Shown here: piece after piece, positions 9,998 through 21,127 of the stretch
How the letters are laid out: each line of letters opens with the position of its first letter
Position numbering within the stretch: position 1 is the first letter of the stretch
From: Alphaproteobacteria bacterium
Lineage (GTDB): Bacteria > Pseudomonadota > Alphaproteobacteria > CALKHQ01
DNA: 64,000 bases
Assembly (NCBI GenBank): GCA_965227515.1
Contig: CBDDFZ010000001.1
Coordinates: 224,001 to 288,000, forward strand
Direction of reading: 5' to 3'
The notes under the pieces: model-generated
Database searches by the model: none
Seen by the model: the letters and a program-made list of their open reading frames with translations, nothing else
Told to the model about the DNA's origin: nothing
Position numbers and translations under genes: made by a program

Positions 9998-10342
9998 ATG
10001 TCGGACAGCACCGGCGAAGACCGTCGCGATCCTTCCGGCCGGATCGGCAACCGGCGCGACAACCAGCCGATGCGCGACCGCAAGCTGCGCGACCGGGCAC
10101 TGATCCTGCCCGTCGTCGGCCTGATCCTGCTGATCCCGCCGGTCGCCAGCATCTTCCAGATCGACGGCCGCATCGGCGGCGTGCCGGTGACGCTGGCCTA
10201 TATCTTCGCGGTGTGGGCGGCGCTGATCGCCTGCGCGTTCTGGTTGTCGCGGCGCTTGGGCCCCGGTGACGACGACCCGGTGGCGCCGGCGGAGGGCGCA
10301 AGCAACAGCCCGCCCGACCCGCCAAGCGCGACGACGCCCTGA
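9998..10342 (+). CDS. Small two-helix membrane protein translationally coupled to the SLC5-kinase
   Basis: Two hydrophobic segments (ALILPVVGLILLIPP; GVPVTLAYIFAVWAALI); stop overlaps the kinase ATG; start could be 10070. Confidence 0.7.
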   Translation: MSDSTGEDRRDPSGRIGNRRDNQPMRDRKLRDRALILPVVGLILLIPPVASIFQIDGRIGGVPVTLAYIFAVWAALIACAFWLSRRLGPGDDDPVAPAEGASNSPPDPPSATTP

Positions 10343-13035
10343 TGCTTTCCGTCGACCTGATCCTCGGCTTTTGCGTCGGCTACGTCGCGCTCTTGTTCGC
10401 GGTTGCCTTCTTCGTCGACCGCTGGGCGCGGCAGGGCCGTGCCGGCTGGCTGAGTTCGCCGGTGATCTACACCCTGTCGATCTCGGTCTATTGCACGGCC
10501 TGGACGTTCTATGGCGCGGTCGGCTCGGCGGCGCGCAACGGGCTGGAGTTCGCCACCATCTACCTGGGGCCGACCCTGGTGTTCGTCGGCTGGTTCTGGC
10601 TGCTGCGCAAGCTGGTGCGCATCGGCCGCGCCCACCGCATCACCTCCATCGCCGACCTGATCTCGTCGCGCTACGGCAAGTCGGCGTCCATCGCCGTGCT
10701 GGTCACCCTGATCGCGCTGATCGCCACCACGCCCTACATCGCGCTGCAGTTGCAGTCGGTCACCCGCAGCTACCAGGTTATCACCGGCGAAAGCGACGGC
10801 GCCGGCACCGCGTTCTGGATCGCTGCCGGGCTCGCCCTGTTCGCGATCCTGTTCGGCACCCGCAACCTGGACGCCAACGAGCGCCACCACGGCGTGGTTG
10901 CCGCCATCGCGGTGGAGGCGGTGGTGAAGCTGCTGGCGCTGATCGCGGTCGGCGTGTTCGTGGTGTTCGGGGTCGCCGGCGGGCTGGACGAGATCTTCGC
11001 CGACGTGCCGGACGAGGTGATCTATGGCAGCGGCGACGTGTTCGGCGCGCGCTGGCTGGCGCTGATCTTCCTGTCGGCGGCAGCCATCATCTGCCTGCCG
11101 CGCCAGTTCCAGGTGACGGTGGTGGAGAATGTCGACGAGCGCCACCTGGCGACCGCGTCGTGGCTGTTCCCCCTTTACCTGTTCGGCATGAGCCTGTTCA
11201 TCATGCCGATCGCGCTGGCGGGGCTGAAGTACCTGCCCGCCGGGTCCGACCCCGACCTGTTCGTGCTGACCCTGCCATTGCAGGAAGAGCGGCACGAACT
11301 GGCGCTGCTGGCGTTCCTGGGCGGGTTCTCGTCGGCCACCTCCATGGTCATCGTCGCCGCCATCGCGGTGTCGACCATGGTGTCGAACCACATCGTGATG
11401 CCGATCCTGCTCCAGTTCATGCCGGCCAGCCGCGGCGTGTCAGGCGACGTGCGCTCGCTGCTGCTGGTCACCCGCCGGGTCTCCATCGCCTTCATCCTGG
11501 GGCTCGGCTACCTGTATTTCCGGCTGACCGGCGGGTCGGACGCGCTGGCCGCCATCGGCCTGATCGCGTTCGTCGGCGTCGCCCAGTTCCTGCCAAGCCT
11601 GGTCGGCGGCATCTTCTGGCGCGGCGCCACCCGCACCGGCGCGCTGACCGGGCTTGCCGCCGGCTTCCTGCTGTGGACCTACACCTTGTTCCTGCCCAGC
11701 TTCGGCGGCGACTTCCTGCTCGGGCCGGAGGTGCTGCGCGACGGGCCGTGGGGCATCGCCGCCCTCAGGCCGCAGGCGCTGCTGGGCCTGCAGGGCTGGG
11801 ACCCGCTGGTGCATGCGCTGGTCTGGAGCGTCGGCGTCAACACGCTGCTGTTTCTGGTGGTGTCCGCCCTCAGCGAGGCGCGGGCGCTCGACCGGCTGCA
11901 AGGCGCCCTGTTCGTCGACGCATTCCGTGCGTCCGGCGGCGAGACGCCGCGCTTCGTCGCCGGCTCGGTGACGTCGGAGAACCTGTTCGTGCTCGCCCAG
12001 CGCATCCTGGGCAGCGGCCCCGCCCGCGCCCTGTTCGACGAAATCGCGCGCGACCAGGGCCGCAGCGGATCGCTGCCCGCCCCGACCGACGCCGCCATCG
12101 CCCGCCTGGAGCGCGAACTGTCGGGCTCCATCGGCGCCGCGTCCGCGCACGCCATGGTCGGCCGGGTCGCCGGGCGCGAGAGCGTCGGCATGACCGAGCT
12201 GATCGACATCGCCGACGAAACCCAGCGCCTGATCGTCACCTCGCGCCGGCTGTCGGAGAAATCCGCCGAGCTGGAGCGCGCCGCCCACCAGTTGCGCGAG
12301 GCCAACGAGCGGCTGCGCGCGCTCGACGCCCAGAAGGACGAGTTCCTCAGCCAGGTGAGCCACGAGCTGCGCACGCCGATGACCTCGATCCGCTCGTTCT
12401 CCGAGATCCTGCTGAGCCAGGACGGCGACGTATCGGACGCCGAGCGCGAGCGCTTCGTCTCCATCATCAATGACGAAAGCCTGCGCCTGACCCGGCTGCT
12501 GGACGAAATTCTCGACATCAGCCGGCTGGAGGCGGGCACGCTCAGCCTGCCGATGGGGGTGGTGGAGCCGGACGGCGCGATCAGCGCCGCGCTCGACACC
12601 GTCGCCGGCGTCATGCGCAAGAGCGGCGTCGTCGTGCACCGCGAGCCGGTGCCGGACGGGGTGCGGGTGGCGGCCAACGAGGACCGGCTGCGCCAGGTGC
12701 TGATCAACCTGCTGTCCAACGCGATCAAGTACAACACCGCGCCGGCGCCGGAGATCACCGTGCAGCCGCGCACCGACGGCAACGAGGTCACCATCGACGT
12801 CATCGACAATGGCGGTGGCGTCAGCCGGGCGGAGGCCGCCACGGTGTTCGAGAAGTTCGCTCGCGGCAGCCGTGCCGCGCGCGACCATGGCGCCGGCCTG
12901 GGCCTCACCATCAGCCGTGCGATCATGCGCACCATGGGCGGCGACCTGACGCTGGAGTTCACCGGCCGCGACACCAGTTTCTTCCGCCTGCACCTGACCC
13001 GCGCCGGCGACCACGCTCCGGCGCAAGCCGAATGA
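10342..13035 (+). CDS. Sodium:solute symporter (SLC5)-STAC-histidine kinase fusion, CrbS/MxtR/CbrA-like
   Basis: YTLSISVYCTAWTFYG and SIADLISSRYGKS SLC5 motifs; LSGSIGAASA STAC-like segment; SHELRTP H-box, NLLSNAIKY, DNGGG, GAGLGL. Confidence 0.9.
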   Translation: MLSVDLILGFCVGYVALLFAVAFFVDRWARQGRAGWLSSPVIYTLSISVYCTAWTFYGAVGSAARNGLEFATIYLGPTLVFVGWFWLLRKLVRIGRAHRITSIADLISSRYGKSASIAVLVTLIALIATTPYIALQLQSVTRSYQVITGESDGAGTAFWIAAGLALFAILFGTRNLDANERHHGVVAAIAVEAVVKLLALIAVGVFVVFGVAGGLDEIFADVPDEVIYGSGDVFGARWLALIFLSAAAIICLPRQFQVTVVENVDERHLATASWLFPLYLFGMSLFIMPIALAGLKYLPAGSDPDLFVLTLPLQEERHELALLAFLGGFSSATSMVIVAAIAVSTMVSNHIVMPILLQFMPASRGVSGDVRSLLLVTRRVSIAFILGLGYLYFRLTGGSDALAAIGLIAFVGVAQFLPSLVGGIFWRGATRTGALTGLAAGFLLWTYTLFLPSFGGDFLLGPEVLRDGPWGIAALRPQALLGLQGWDPLVHALVWSVGVNTLLFLVVSALSEARALDRLQGALFVDAFRASGGETPRFVAGSVTSENLFVLAQRILGSGPARALFDEIARDQGRSGSLPAPTDAAIARLERELSGSIGAASAHAMVGRVAGRESVGMTELIDIADETQRLIVTSRRLSEKSAELERAAHQLREANERLRALDAQKDEFLSQVSHELRTPMTSIRSFSEILLSQDGDVSDAERERFVSIINDESLRLTRLLDEILDISRLEAGTLSLPMGVVEPDGAISAALDTVAGVMRKSGVVVHREPVPDGVRVAANEDRLRQVLINLLSNAIKYNTAPAPEITVQPRTDGNEVTIDVIDNGGGVSRAEAATVFEKFARGSRAARDHGAGLGLTISRAIMRTMGGDLTLEFTGRDTSFFRLHLTRAGDHAPAQAE

Positions 13036-13046
13036 CCGCCCATCGA

Positions 13047-13162
13047 GGATCAGCTACGCTGAAGTCTGCGCCAGCCCGCTCCCCCACCCGGCCACCCAGC
13101 AAGCATACTGTCGTGGGTGGCCGGGTGGGGGAGCGGGCCGGTGCCGACTTAAATGATCATGC
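13047..13162. repeat. 116-bp hairpin element copy 1 (second copy 30043-30158)
   Basis: GGATCAGCT...CCCCCACCCGGCCACCCA-loop-TGGGTGGCCGGGTGGGGG...AAATGATCATGC. Confidence 0.85.
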
Positions 13163-13425
13163 ATTGGCGTGCCAATGTGCTATGGCTTCGCGCGGCTGGA
13201 TTCGGGGCTATTGCGGCGACGGGGCGCGACAAGATGTGTCAGGTTGTCACGTTGTTGGCACGCGTGCTGCGGCTATAACTCCGGCTGGTCGACGCGTCGT
13301 CACGCGCTCGCGTGATTTTTGACGTGCCGATGCCTGTGCAGGATCCTGTGGCCGGGGTCCGACGAGACGAGGCACTGGACCGCCAAGCCGCAAGCCTGCG
13401 GCGGGCGCCTTCACGGAGGATGGGT

Positions 13426-13998
13426 ATGGCCGACGATGTCCATGCTGGCGCGCAAGACGCGGAAGATCCGGCACGACGCGACTTTCTGTATCTGACGACG
13501 GGCGCCTTTGCCGCCGTCGGCGGCGCGTTGTTTGTCTGGCCCTTCATCAACAGCATGAATGCTTCCCAAGATGTCATCGCGGCCGGCGTCCCGATCGAGG
13601 TCGACATCTCCGGCGTGGGCGAAGGCCAGGCGCTTACCGTGATCTGGCGTGGCGAGGCGGTGTTCATCCGCAACCGAACGCTCGACGAGATCGAAGAGGC
13701 CCGCGCGGTGCCGCTGGACGACCTGCCCGACCCGGCGACCGATGAGTCGCGGGTGAAGCCCGAGCACGACGCCTGGATCATCGTGAAGGGCGTGTGCACC
13801 CATCTGGGCTGCGTGCCGCTCGGCCAGAAACCCAGCGACAACCGGGGCGACTACGGTGGCTGGTTCTGCCCCTGTCACGGCTCCCACTACGACACGTCCG
13901 GCCGCATCCGGCTGGGCCCGGCACCGGCCAACCTGATCGTGCCGCCATACCGGTTCGCCGAGAACGACATCCTGGTCGTCGGCGAGGAGGCTGCCTGA
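13426..13998 (+). CDS. petA: Ubiquinol-cytochrome c reductase Rieske iron-sulfur subunit
   Basis: RRDFL Tat motif, CTHLGCVP and CPCHGSHYD boxes; GGAGGA RBS before ATG 13426. Confidence 0.97.
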   Translation: MADDVHAGAQDAEDPARRDFLYLTTGAFAAVGGALFVWPFINSMNASQDVIAAGVPIEVDISGVGEGQALTVIWRGEAVFIRNRTLDEIEEARAVPLDDLPDPATDESRVKPEHDAWIIVKGVCTHLGCVPLGQKPSDNRGDYGGWFCPCHGSHYDTSGRIRLGPAPANLIVPPYRFAENDILVVGEEAA

Positions 13999-13999
13999 T

Positions 14000-15298
14000 A
14001 TGAGCGGATCGTCCTCAAAGTACGAGTTCAAGAACGGCTTCGTGCGCTGGGTCGACGAGCGCCTGCCCGTCTTCAGCTACATGCAGAAGGAGTATGGGGA
14101 GTATCCGGCACCCCGGAACTTCAACTACTTCTGGAACTTCGGCGCGCTGGCCATGCTGGTGCTGGTGACCATGCTGGTGACCGGCATCGTGCTCGCCATG
14201 CACTACCAGCCCAATGCCGACCTGGCGTTCAATCAGGTCGAGCACATCATGCGCGACGTGAACAACGGCTGGCTGCTGCGCTACATCCACATGAACGGGG
14301 CGTCGATGTTCTTCATCGTCGTCTACATCCATATGTTCCGCGGGCTGTGGTACGGCTCGTACAAGAAGCCGCGCGAGCTCTTGTGGATCCTGGGCGTGAT
14401 CATCTTCGTCCTGATGATGGCCACCGCGTTCATGGGCTATGTGCTGCCCTGGGGCCAGATGAGCTTCTGGGGCGCCAAGGTCATCACCAACCTGTTCTCC
14501 GCCATCCCATTGGTCGGCGAGAGCGTCACGGAATGGCTGTGGGGCGGCTACACCGTCGGCGAGCCGACGCTGAACCGCTTCTTCGCGCTGCACTACCTGC
14601 TGCCGTTCGTCATCGTCGGCGTGGTGGTGCTGCACGTGATCGCGGTCCACATCGTGGGCTCCAACAACCCGCTGGGCATCGACCCGAAGGGCCCGCAGGA
14701 CACGCTGCCGTTCCATCCGTACTACACGATGAAGGACAGCTTCGGCGCCTGCGTGTTCCTGATCTTCTTCGCCGCGTTCGTGTTCTTCGCGCCGAACTAC
14801 ATGGGCCACCCGGACAACTACATTCCGGCCAATCCGGGGGTGACGCCGGCACATATCGTGCCTGAATGGTACTTCCTGCCGTTCTACGCCATCCTGCGCG
14901 CGGTGCCGGATATCTGGTTCATCCCGGCCAAGCTGGCCGGCGTGCTGGCCATGTTCGGGTCGCTGCTGCTGCTGGCGCTGGCACCCTGGCTGGACCGCTC
15001 GCCGGTTCGCTCGTGCAAGTTCCGCCCGGTCTACAAGTGGTTCCTGGTGCTGTTCGTCGCCGACGTCATTCTGCTCGGGTTCGCCGGCGCCAAGCCGGCC
15101 GAGGGGGCGTGGCTGGCCATCGGCCGGATTGCGACGCTGTGGTACTTCATCCACTTCCTCATCATCATGCCGCTGGTCGGCAAGCTGGAGCGGCCATTGC
15201 CGTTGCCGACGAGCATCCGCGACGCGGTACTGAAACACAGCCCGGGCGGAGGCGGGGTGCCGGCTGGCGCCGCGGCCAAGCCGATGGACAAGGCCTAG
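14000..15298 (+). CDS. petB: Cytochrome b
   Basis: [22 protein letters not shown] motifs. Confidence 0.98.
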   Translation: MSGSSSKYEFKNGFVRWVDERLPVFSYMQKEYGEYPAPRNFNYFWNFGALAMLVLVTMLVTGIVLAMHYQPNADLAFNQVEHIMRDVNNGWLLRYIHMNGASMFFIVVYIHMFRGLWYGSYKKPRELLWILGVIIFVLMMATAFMGYVLPWGQMSFWGAKVITNLFSAIPLVGESVTEWLWGGYTVGEPTLNRFFALHYLLPFVIVGVVVLHVIAVHIVGSNNPLGIDPKGPQDTLPFHPYYTMKDSFGACVFLIFFAAFVFFAPNYMGHPDNYIPANPGVTPAHIVPEWYFLPFYAILRAVPDIWFIPAKLAGVLAMFGSLLLLALAPWLDRSPVRSCKFRPVYKWFLVLFVADVILLGFAGAKPAEGAWLAIGRIATLWYFIHFLIIMPLVGKLERPLPLPTSIRDAVLKHSPGGGGVPAGAAAKPMDKA

Positions 15299-15308
15299 GA
15301 GACCGACA

Positions 15309-16106
15309 ATGAAATCGTTCGTCTTTGCCGGCTTCGTCATCGCCGCCGCCAGTCTGACCGCCGGGACCGCGTTCGCGCAGGAAGAGGCCGGCCACGCCGA
15401 GGATGCCGGCGGCCACGCCGAGATCGAAATCCCATCCCACAACTGGGCCTGGGACGGCATCTTCGGCAGCTTCGACAATGCGCAACTGCAGCGCGGCTTC
15501 CAGGTCTACCAGCAGGTGTGCGCGCTCTGCCACTCGATGGAGCTGGTCGCGTTCCGCCATCTGGAAGGCATCGGCTTCAGCGAGGAAGACATCGAAGCGA
15601 TCGCCGCCCAGTACACCATGGACGACATCAACTTCGAGACCGGCCAGCCGATGGAGCGTCCCGGCCGCCCGGCCGACTACCTGCCGTCGCCCTATCCGAA
15701 CGAGACCGTCGGCCGCTACACCTATGGTGTGTATCCGCCGGACCTCAGCGTCATCTCCAAGGCTCGCGCGGGCGGCGCCGACTACATCTTCGCGCTGCTG
15801 ACCGGATATACCGATCCGCCGGCCGATGTCGAACTGACGCCGCGCCAGCAGTACAATCTGTACTTCCCGGGCCACGTCATCGCGATGCCGAAGCCGCTGA
15901 ACGACGGCCAGGTCGAGTATGTCGACGGCACGCCGAACACGGCGGTGCAGATGGCCGAGGACGTGTCCGCGTTCCTGGCCTGGGCGTCGGAGCCGAGCCT
16001 GGTCGACCGCAAGGAACTGGGCGTCAAGGTCATCCTGTTCCTGCTGGTGCTGACCGGCCTGATGTATGCGGTGAAGCGCAAGATCTGGTCCAACGTGGAG
16101 CATTGA
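15309..16106 (+). CDS. petC: Cytochrome c1
   Basis: LQRGFQVY, CALCH heme motif, PPDLS, C-terminal anchor KRKIW. Confidence 0.97.
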   Translation: MKSFVFAGFVIAAASLTAGTAFAQEEAGHAEDAGGHAEIEIPSHNWAWDGIFGSFDNAQLQRGFQVYQQVCALCHSMELVAFRHLEGIGFSEEDIEAIAAQYTMDDINFETGQPMERPGRPADYLPSPYPNETVGRYTYGVYPPDLSVISKARAGGADYIFALLTGYTDPPADVELTPRQQYNLYFPGHVIAMPKPLNDGQVEYVDGTPNTAVQMAEDVSAFLAWASEPSLVDRKELGVKVILFLLVLTGLMYAVKRKIWSNVEH

Positions 16107-16160
16107 CCGGGTCCGCGCGGCGCGCGGACATCGGGCGGCCACGACATCGCCGAGGACACC

Positions 16161-17057
<897 letters not shown>

Positions 17058-17084
17058 CAGGCTGCCCAAGGAGTTATCCCGACC

Positions 17085-17891
17085 TTGCTCGACCATCTCG
17101 ACACTCGCCGCCAGATCATCGACGCTTGCCTGGAGATGAACGCGAAAGGCATCAACCAGGGCACCTCCGGCAACGTGAGCGGCCGGGTCGAAGGCGGCAT
17201 GCTGATCACCCCGTCCAGCGTGCCGTACGAAGAGCTGACCCCGTACGACATCATCTACATGGACCTTGCCGGCAACTGGAGCGCGGTCGAGGGGCGCAAG
17301 CCCTCGTCGGAGTGGCCGTTCCACCTGGCGATCTACAAGGCCCGGCCCGATGCCGGCGGCATCGTGCACACCCATTCCATGCATGCCACCGCGCTGTCGA
17401 TGCACCGCATGGGCGTGCCGGCCTGCCACTACATGATCGGCTTTGCCGGCGGGCCGTCCATTCGCTGTGCCGAGTACGCCACCTACGGCACCCAGCAGCT
17501 GTCCGACAACGCGCTGGCCGCGCTGGATGGCCGCCGGGTCTGCCTGTTGGCCAATCACGGCATGATCGCATTCTGGGATTCGGTGCCGCGCGCCCTGTGG
17601 CTGGCAGGCGAGATGGAGACGCTGTGCGCCCAGTACTGGCGCGCGCTGCAGATCGGCACGCCGGCCATCCTGAGCGATGCCGAGATGGACCGGGTGATCG
17701 AGAAGTTCGGTTCGGGCTATGGCGTGCAGTCGCAGACGGGTGGCGGTTCGGCGGCGCGCACCGCCAAGCCGCGCAAGCCCGCCGCGAAGAAGCAGACCGG
17801 CAAGGCGCCCGGAAAATTGTCTGGCAAGACCAAGACCAAGCCGGCCGCGGCGAAGCTGCCGAAGCGCAAGTCCCGCGGCAAGCAGGGCTGA
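17085..17891 (+). CDS. Class II aldolase (FucA/Ald2-like) with a Lys/Ala-rich C-terminal tail
   Basis: GTSGNVS, ITPS, PSSEW, HTHS, LANHG; directly follows mtnP. Confidence 0.85.
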   Translation: MLDHLDTRRQIIDACLEMNAKGINQGTSGNVSGRVEGGMLITPSSVPYEELTPYDIIYMDLAGNWSAVEGRKPSSEWPFHLAIYKARPDAGGIVHTHSMHATALSMHRMGVPACHYMIGFAGGPSIRCAEYATYGTQQLSDNALAALDGRRVCLLANHGMIAFWDSVPRALWLAGEMETLCAQYWRALQIGTPAILSDAEMDRVIEKFGSGYGVQSQTGGGSAARTAKPRKPAAKKQTGKAPGKLSGKTKTKPAAAKLPKRKSRGKQG

Positions 17892-17937
17892 CGCCTGGGC
17901 CAGCCCTGCCTGCTGAGACGGTCTGCGTCCAGGCGGC

Positions 17938-19467
17938 CTACTCGGCGGCCTCCTGGTCCTCGATGGCTTCCGCCGACGCAAGGCCGGCGGCGCCGGACTT
18001 TCCGCCCAGCTTGTCGCGCACGCCCTTCTCGATCTTCTCGCCGGTGTCCTCGTCGATGTTGCGCCAGTAGTCGAACGCGCGCTGCAGCACCTTCTCGCTG
18101 ACGCCGTCGCACAGATGGCCGACCACGTTGTCGACGAGTCGGTCGCGGGCAGGCCCGTCCATCACGTCGCGGACCAGCGCGCCGGCCTGGCTCCAATCGT
18201 CGTCGTCCTCGCGCAACGTGTAGGCGGCGCGCACCATGTCGCCGTCGGCATGCCACAGGCCGGCTTCGTGCTCATCGGGTTGCGGCGCCGGGCCACCGTA
18301 TGAGTTCGGCGCATAGACCGGATCGGATACGTTCTCGACCCGCATGTGCCCGTCCTTCGAATAGCTGTGCACGGGGCTTTGCGGCTTGTTGACCGGGATC
18401 TGCTTGTAGTTGACGCCGAGCCGTGCGCGGTGCGCGTCGGCATAGGAGAAGCCGCGCGCCAGCAGCATCTTGTCCGGCGACAGGCCCACGCCCGGCACCA
18501 TATTGTTCGGCTCGAACGCCGCCTGCTCGATCTCGGTGTGGAAGTCGGTCGGGTTGCGGTCGAGCACCATCTTGCCGACCTCGATCAGCGGATAGTCCTT
18601 GTGCGGCCAGACCTTGGTCAGGTCGAACGGGTTGATCCGATAGGTCTTGGCATCCTCGTACGGCATGATTTGCCACTTCAACGTCCAGCTCGGATGGTCG
18701 CCGTCACGAATGGCGTTGAACAGGTCGCGCCGGTGATAGTCGCCATCCGCGCCGGCGAGGCGGTCGGCCTCGTCCTGGCTCAGATAGGCGTTGCCGTCGC
18801 CCTGATCGGTGTGGAAGTGGAACTTCACCCAGAACTTCTCGCCGTCGGCGTTGACCAGCGAATAGGTGTGGCTGGAATAGCCGTTCATCTCGCACCAGGT
18901 CTTCGGAATCCCGCGGTCGCCCATCAGGTAGGCGACCTGGTGCGCGCTCTCGGGCGACAGCGTCCAGAAGTCCCACTGCATGTCATGGTCGCGCATGTCG
19001 TTGTCGGCACGGCGCTTCTGGCTGCGGATGAACTGCTGGAACTTGATCGGGTCGCGGATGAAGAAAATCGGCGTGTTGTTGCCGACCATGTCGAAATTGC
19101 CCTCCTCGGTATACATCTTGACCGAGAAGCCGCGCGGATCGCGCCAGGTGTCCGGGCTGCCGCGCTCGCCGGCGACAGTGGAGAACCGGACCAGGACGTC
19201 GGTCTTGGTGCCCTTCTGGAACACCTTCGCCTTGGTGTACTTGGCAACGTCGGCGGTCGTCTCGAACGAGCCGAACGCACCGCCGCCCTTGGCGTGCGGC
19301 TGGCGTTCCGGGATGCGCTCCCGGTTGAAGTTCGCCATCTGCTCCAGCAGGTAATGGTCGTTCAGCACGATCGGCCCGTCCTGGCCGACGGTCAGTGAAT
19401 GCTCCTCGCTCTGAACCCGGATGCCTGCATCGGTGGTGGTTGGCGGAGCGGTCTTCTTGCTGCTCAT
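17938..19467 (-). CDS. Monofunctional small-subunit heme catalase
   Basis: [41 protein letters not shown] proximal Tyr. Confidence 0.96.
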   Translation of the reverse strand: MSSKKTAPPTTTDAGIRVQSEEHSLTVGQDGPIVLNDHYLLEQMANFNRERIPERQPHAKGGGAFGSFETTADVAKYTKAKVFQKGTKTDVLVRFSTVAGERGSPDTWRDPRGFSVKMYTEEGNFDMVGNNTPIFFIRDPIKFQQFIRSQKRRADNDMRDHDMQWDFWTLSPESAHQVAYLMGDRGIPKTWCEMNGYSSHTYSLVNADGEKFWVKFHFHTDQGDGNAYLSQDEADRLAGADGDYHRRDLFNAIRDGDHPSWTLKWQIMPYEDAKTYRINPFDLTKVWPHKDYPLIEVGKMVLDRNPTDFHTEIEQAAFEPNNMVPGVGLSPDKMLLARGFSYADAHRARLGVNYKQIPVNKPQSPVHSYSKDGHMRVENVSDPVYAPNSYGGPAPQPDEHEAGLWHADGDMVRAAYTLREDDDDWSQAGALVRDVMDGPARDRLVDNVVGHLCDGVSEKVLQRAFDYWRNIDEDTGEKIEKGVRDKLGGKSGAAGLASAEAIEDQEAAE

Positions 19468-19568
19468 TTTCGTGGAACCTTTCTAAACTGCCTCAACCCG
19501 GTGATGAAACGGGCCGATGACCGCAAAGGTTCCCCGCGAACGGGCCTTTCCGCTCTACGGTATCTGAG

Positions 19569-20303
19569 TCACTGAACCTCGCCGACCTCCATCCGGGCGA
19601 TCTCCGCGCCCTGCCAGACGATACGCACCTCCGAGACCGCGCCCTGCGGCACCGGCAGCGCGTAGCGGACGTCGCGATAGGCTACGTCGGTGGTGCCGGC
19701 CCCAAGGTCGAACAGCAGCAGCTCGAGCGTCAGCAGCGACGGCAGCGGCCCCGGGCCGGTGCCTTCGGTCGGCGCCAGCGCCGGCACGATGCCACCATTG
19801 CCCGTTTCCACCTCGCCAATCACCAGCAGCGTGGCGCCCGACGTGTCCGGCGACGGCTGCAGGTCGACATAGGCAACCCAGTTGCGCGACGGCGGCGCGC
19901 CGCCATCGCCCGACTGGCCGCCGTTTGGATCGGTGTCCGGTCCCGTGTCTGCATCGGAGTCCGCGCACTCGCCCATGCTGGCAACGCTGACGCCGGATGC
20001 CGCCGCGTCGCAGGGGCTGCTGTAGGTCGTGCCGTCACAGCCGCAGACCGGCTGGTAGATCAGGGTGCAGATCTGCGGAATCGGCTGGCAGACACCGGTC
20101 TGGTCGGCAGCGCCGCACTGCGCTTCGATCGGATAGTCGCAGAACTCGCCGGCATCGCAGGTCAGGCCGGCGATCCCGCCGCACGTCGCGCCCTGCGCCG
20201 CCAGCAACAGGTCCAGCAGCTCATCGGCGATGGCGGCACGCCCGGCAAGCACCGCCAGCGCGCACAGCAGGAAAGACATCAAGCTCGCGGTGGGCTGGCG
20301 CAT
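19569..20303 (-). CDS. Secreted Cys-rich protein with a Kazal-type protease inhibitor domain
   Basis: Signal peptide; CTLIYQPVCGCDGTTYSSPC...C Kazal pattern; AAGGAGGT RBS before ATG 20303. Confidence 0.8.
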   Translation of the reverse strand: MRQPTASLMSFLLCALAVLAGRAAIADELLDLLLAAQGATCGGIAGLTCDAGEFCDYPIEAQCGAADQTGVCQPIPQICTLIYQPVCGCDGTTYSSPCDAAASGVSVASMGECADSDADTGPDTDPNGGQSGDGGAPPSRNWVAYVDLQPSPDTSGATLLVIGEVETGNGGIVPALAPTEGTGPGPLPSLLTLELLLFDLGAGTTDVAYRDVRYALPVPQGAVSEVRIVWQGAEIARMEVGEVQ

Positions 20304-20595
20304 ATCGGTCACCTCCTTATCGGCCTGGCCGCACGGCCGTGCGGTCCCGAATGATAGGCGCGAACTCATGCCGGAATCGAGGTCGGTTGACCGGGGTTGC
20401 GGCAATGATATCGTGATCCGGCTGAAAAAGGCGGGCCGGTTTGGTTAGTCCGGCCGCCCTCCGCACTCAGATCGTTGCGGGAGGGTTCTGGCCGTACCGG
20501 TGCCTGGCGCGTTTCGACCCGCCGATCCCGGTATCGAGTCCCATGGCGTGGCGTCGGATGCAATGGTGCGTCCGCGCAACGAAAGGACTCGACCC

Positions 20596-21018
20596 ATGCA
20601 ACCTTCGATCTCATTGGTCACGCTCGGCACCGCTGACATGGCGCGTGCGCGACGCTTCTACGACACCGGCTTCGGCTGGACGCCTGTCTTCGAGATGCCG
20701 GACATTGCGTTCTATCAGATGAACGGGTTCGTCTTCGGGCTTTATGCCAACCATGCGTTTTTGGAGGACAGCCAGCGCCCGGCGTTCAACGGACCGGGGG
20801 CATTTGCGCTCGCCCAAAACGTCGCCGCCAAGGATGACGTCGTGACCGTGATGGACCAACTGGTCGCCGCCGGCGGCAAGGTGCTGCGGCCAGCCGACGA
20901 ACCGCCCCATGGCGGTTTTCGGGGCTACGTCACCGACCCTGACGACCACGCCTGGGAGATCGCCTGGAACCCGGCTTGGCCCATCGGCGAGGACGGCAGG
21001 GTGACCTTCTCGCTCTGA
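20596..21018 (+). CDS. VOC/glyoxalase family protein
   Basis: ISLVTLG...RARRFY...LAQNV...GYVTDPDDHAWEIAWNP. Confidence 0.9.
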   Translation: MQPSISLVTLGTADMARARRFYDTGFGWTPVFEMPDIAFYQMNGFVFGLYANHAFLEDSQRPAFNGPGAFALAQNVAAKDDVVTVMDQLVAAGGKVLRPADEPPHGGFRGYVTDPDDHAWEIAWNPAWPIGEDGRVTFSL

Positions 21019-21127
21019 TGCCGGCATGCCGCACGCGCGGCCGGGTTGGCGGTGGCGCCAAAATGACCGACAATGGGCCGTCGGGCGGCCAGGCGCGCCG
21101 CCGCCAACCACCTGGGGAAACCGACGC

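Noticed and set aside
10266-12473. 735-aa alternative-frame ORF
   Set aside because: Arg/Pro/Gly-rich off-frame reading of the SLC5-kinase gene
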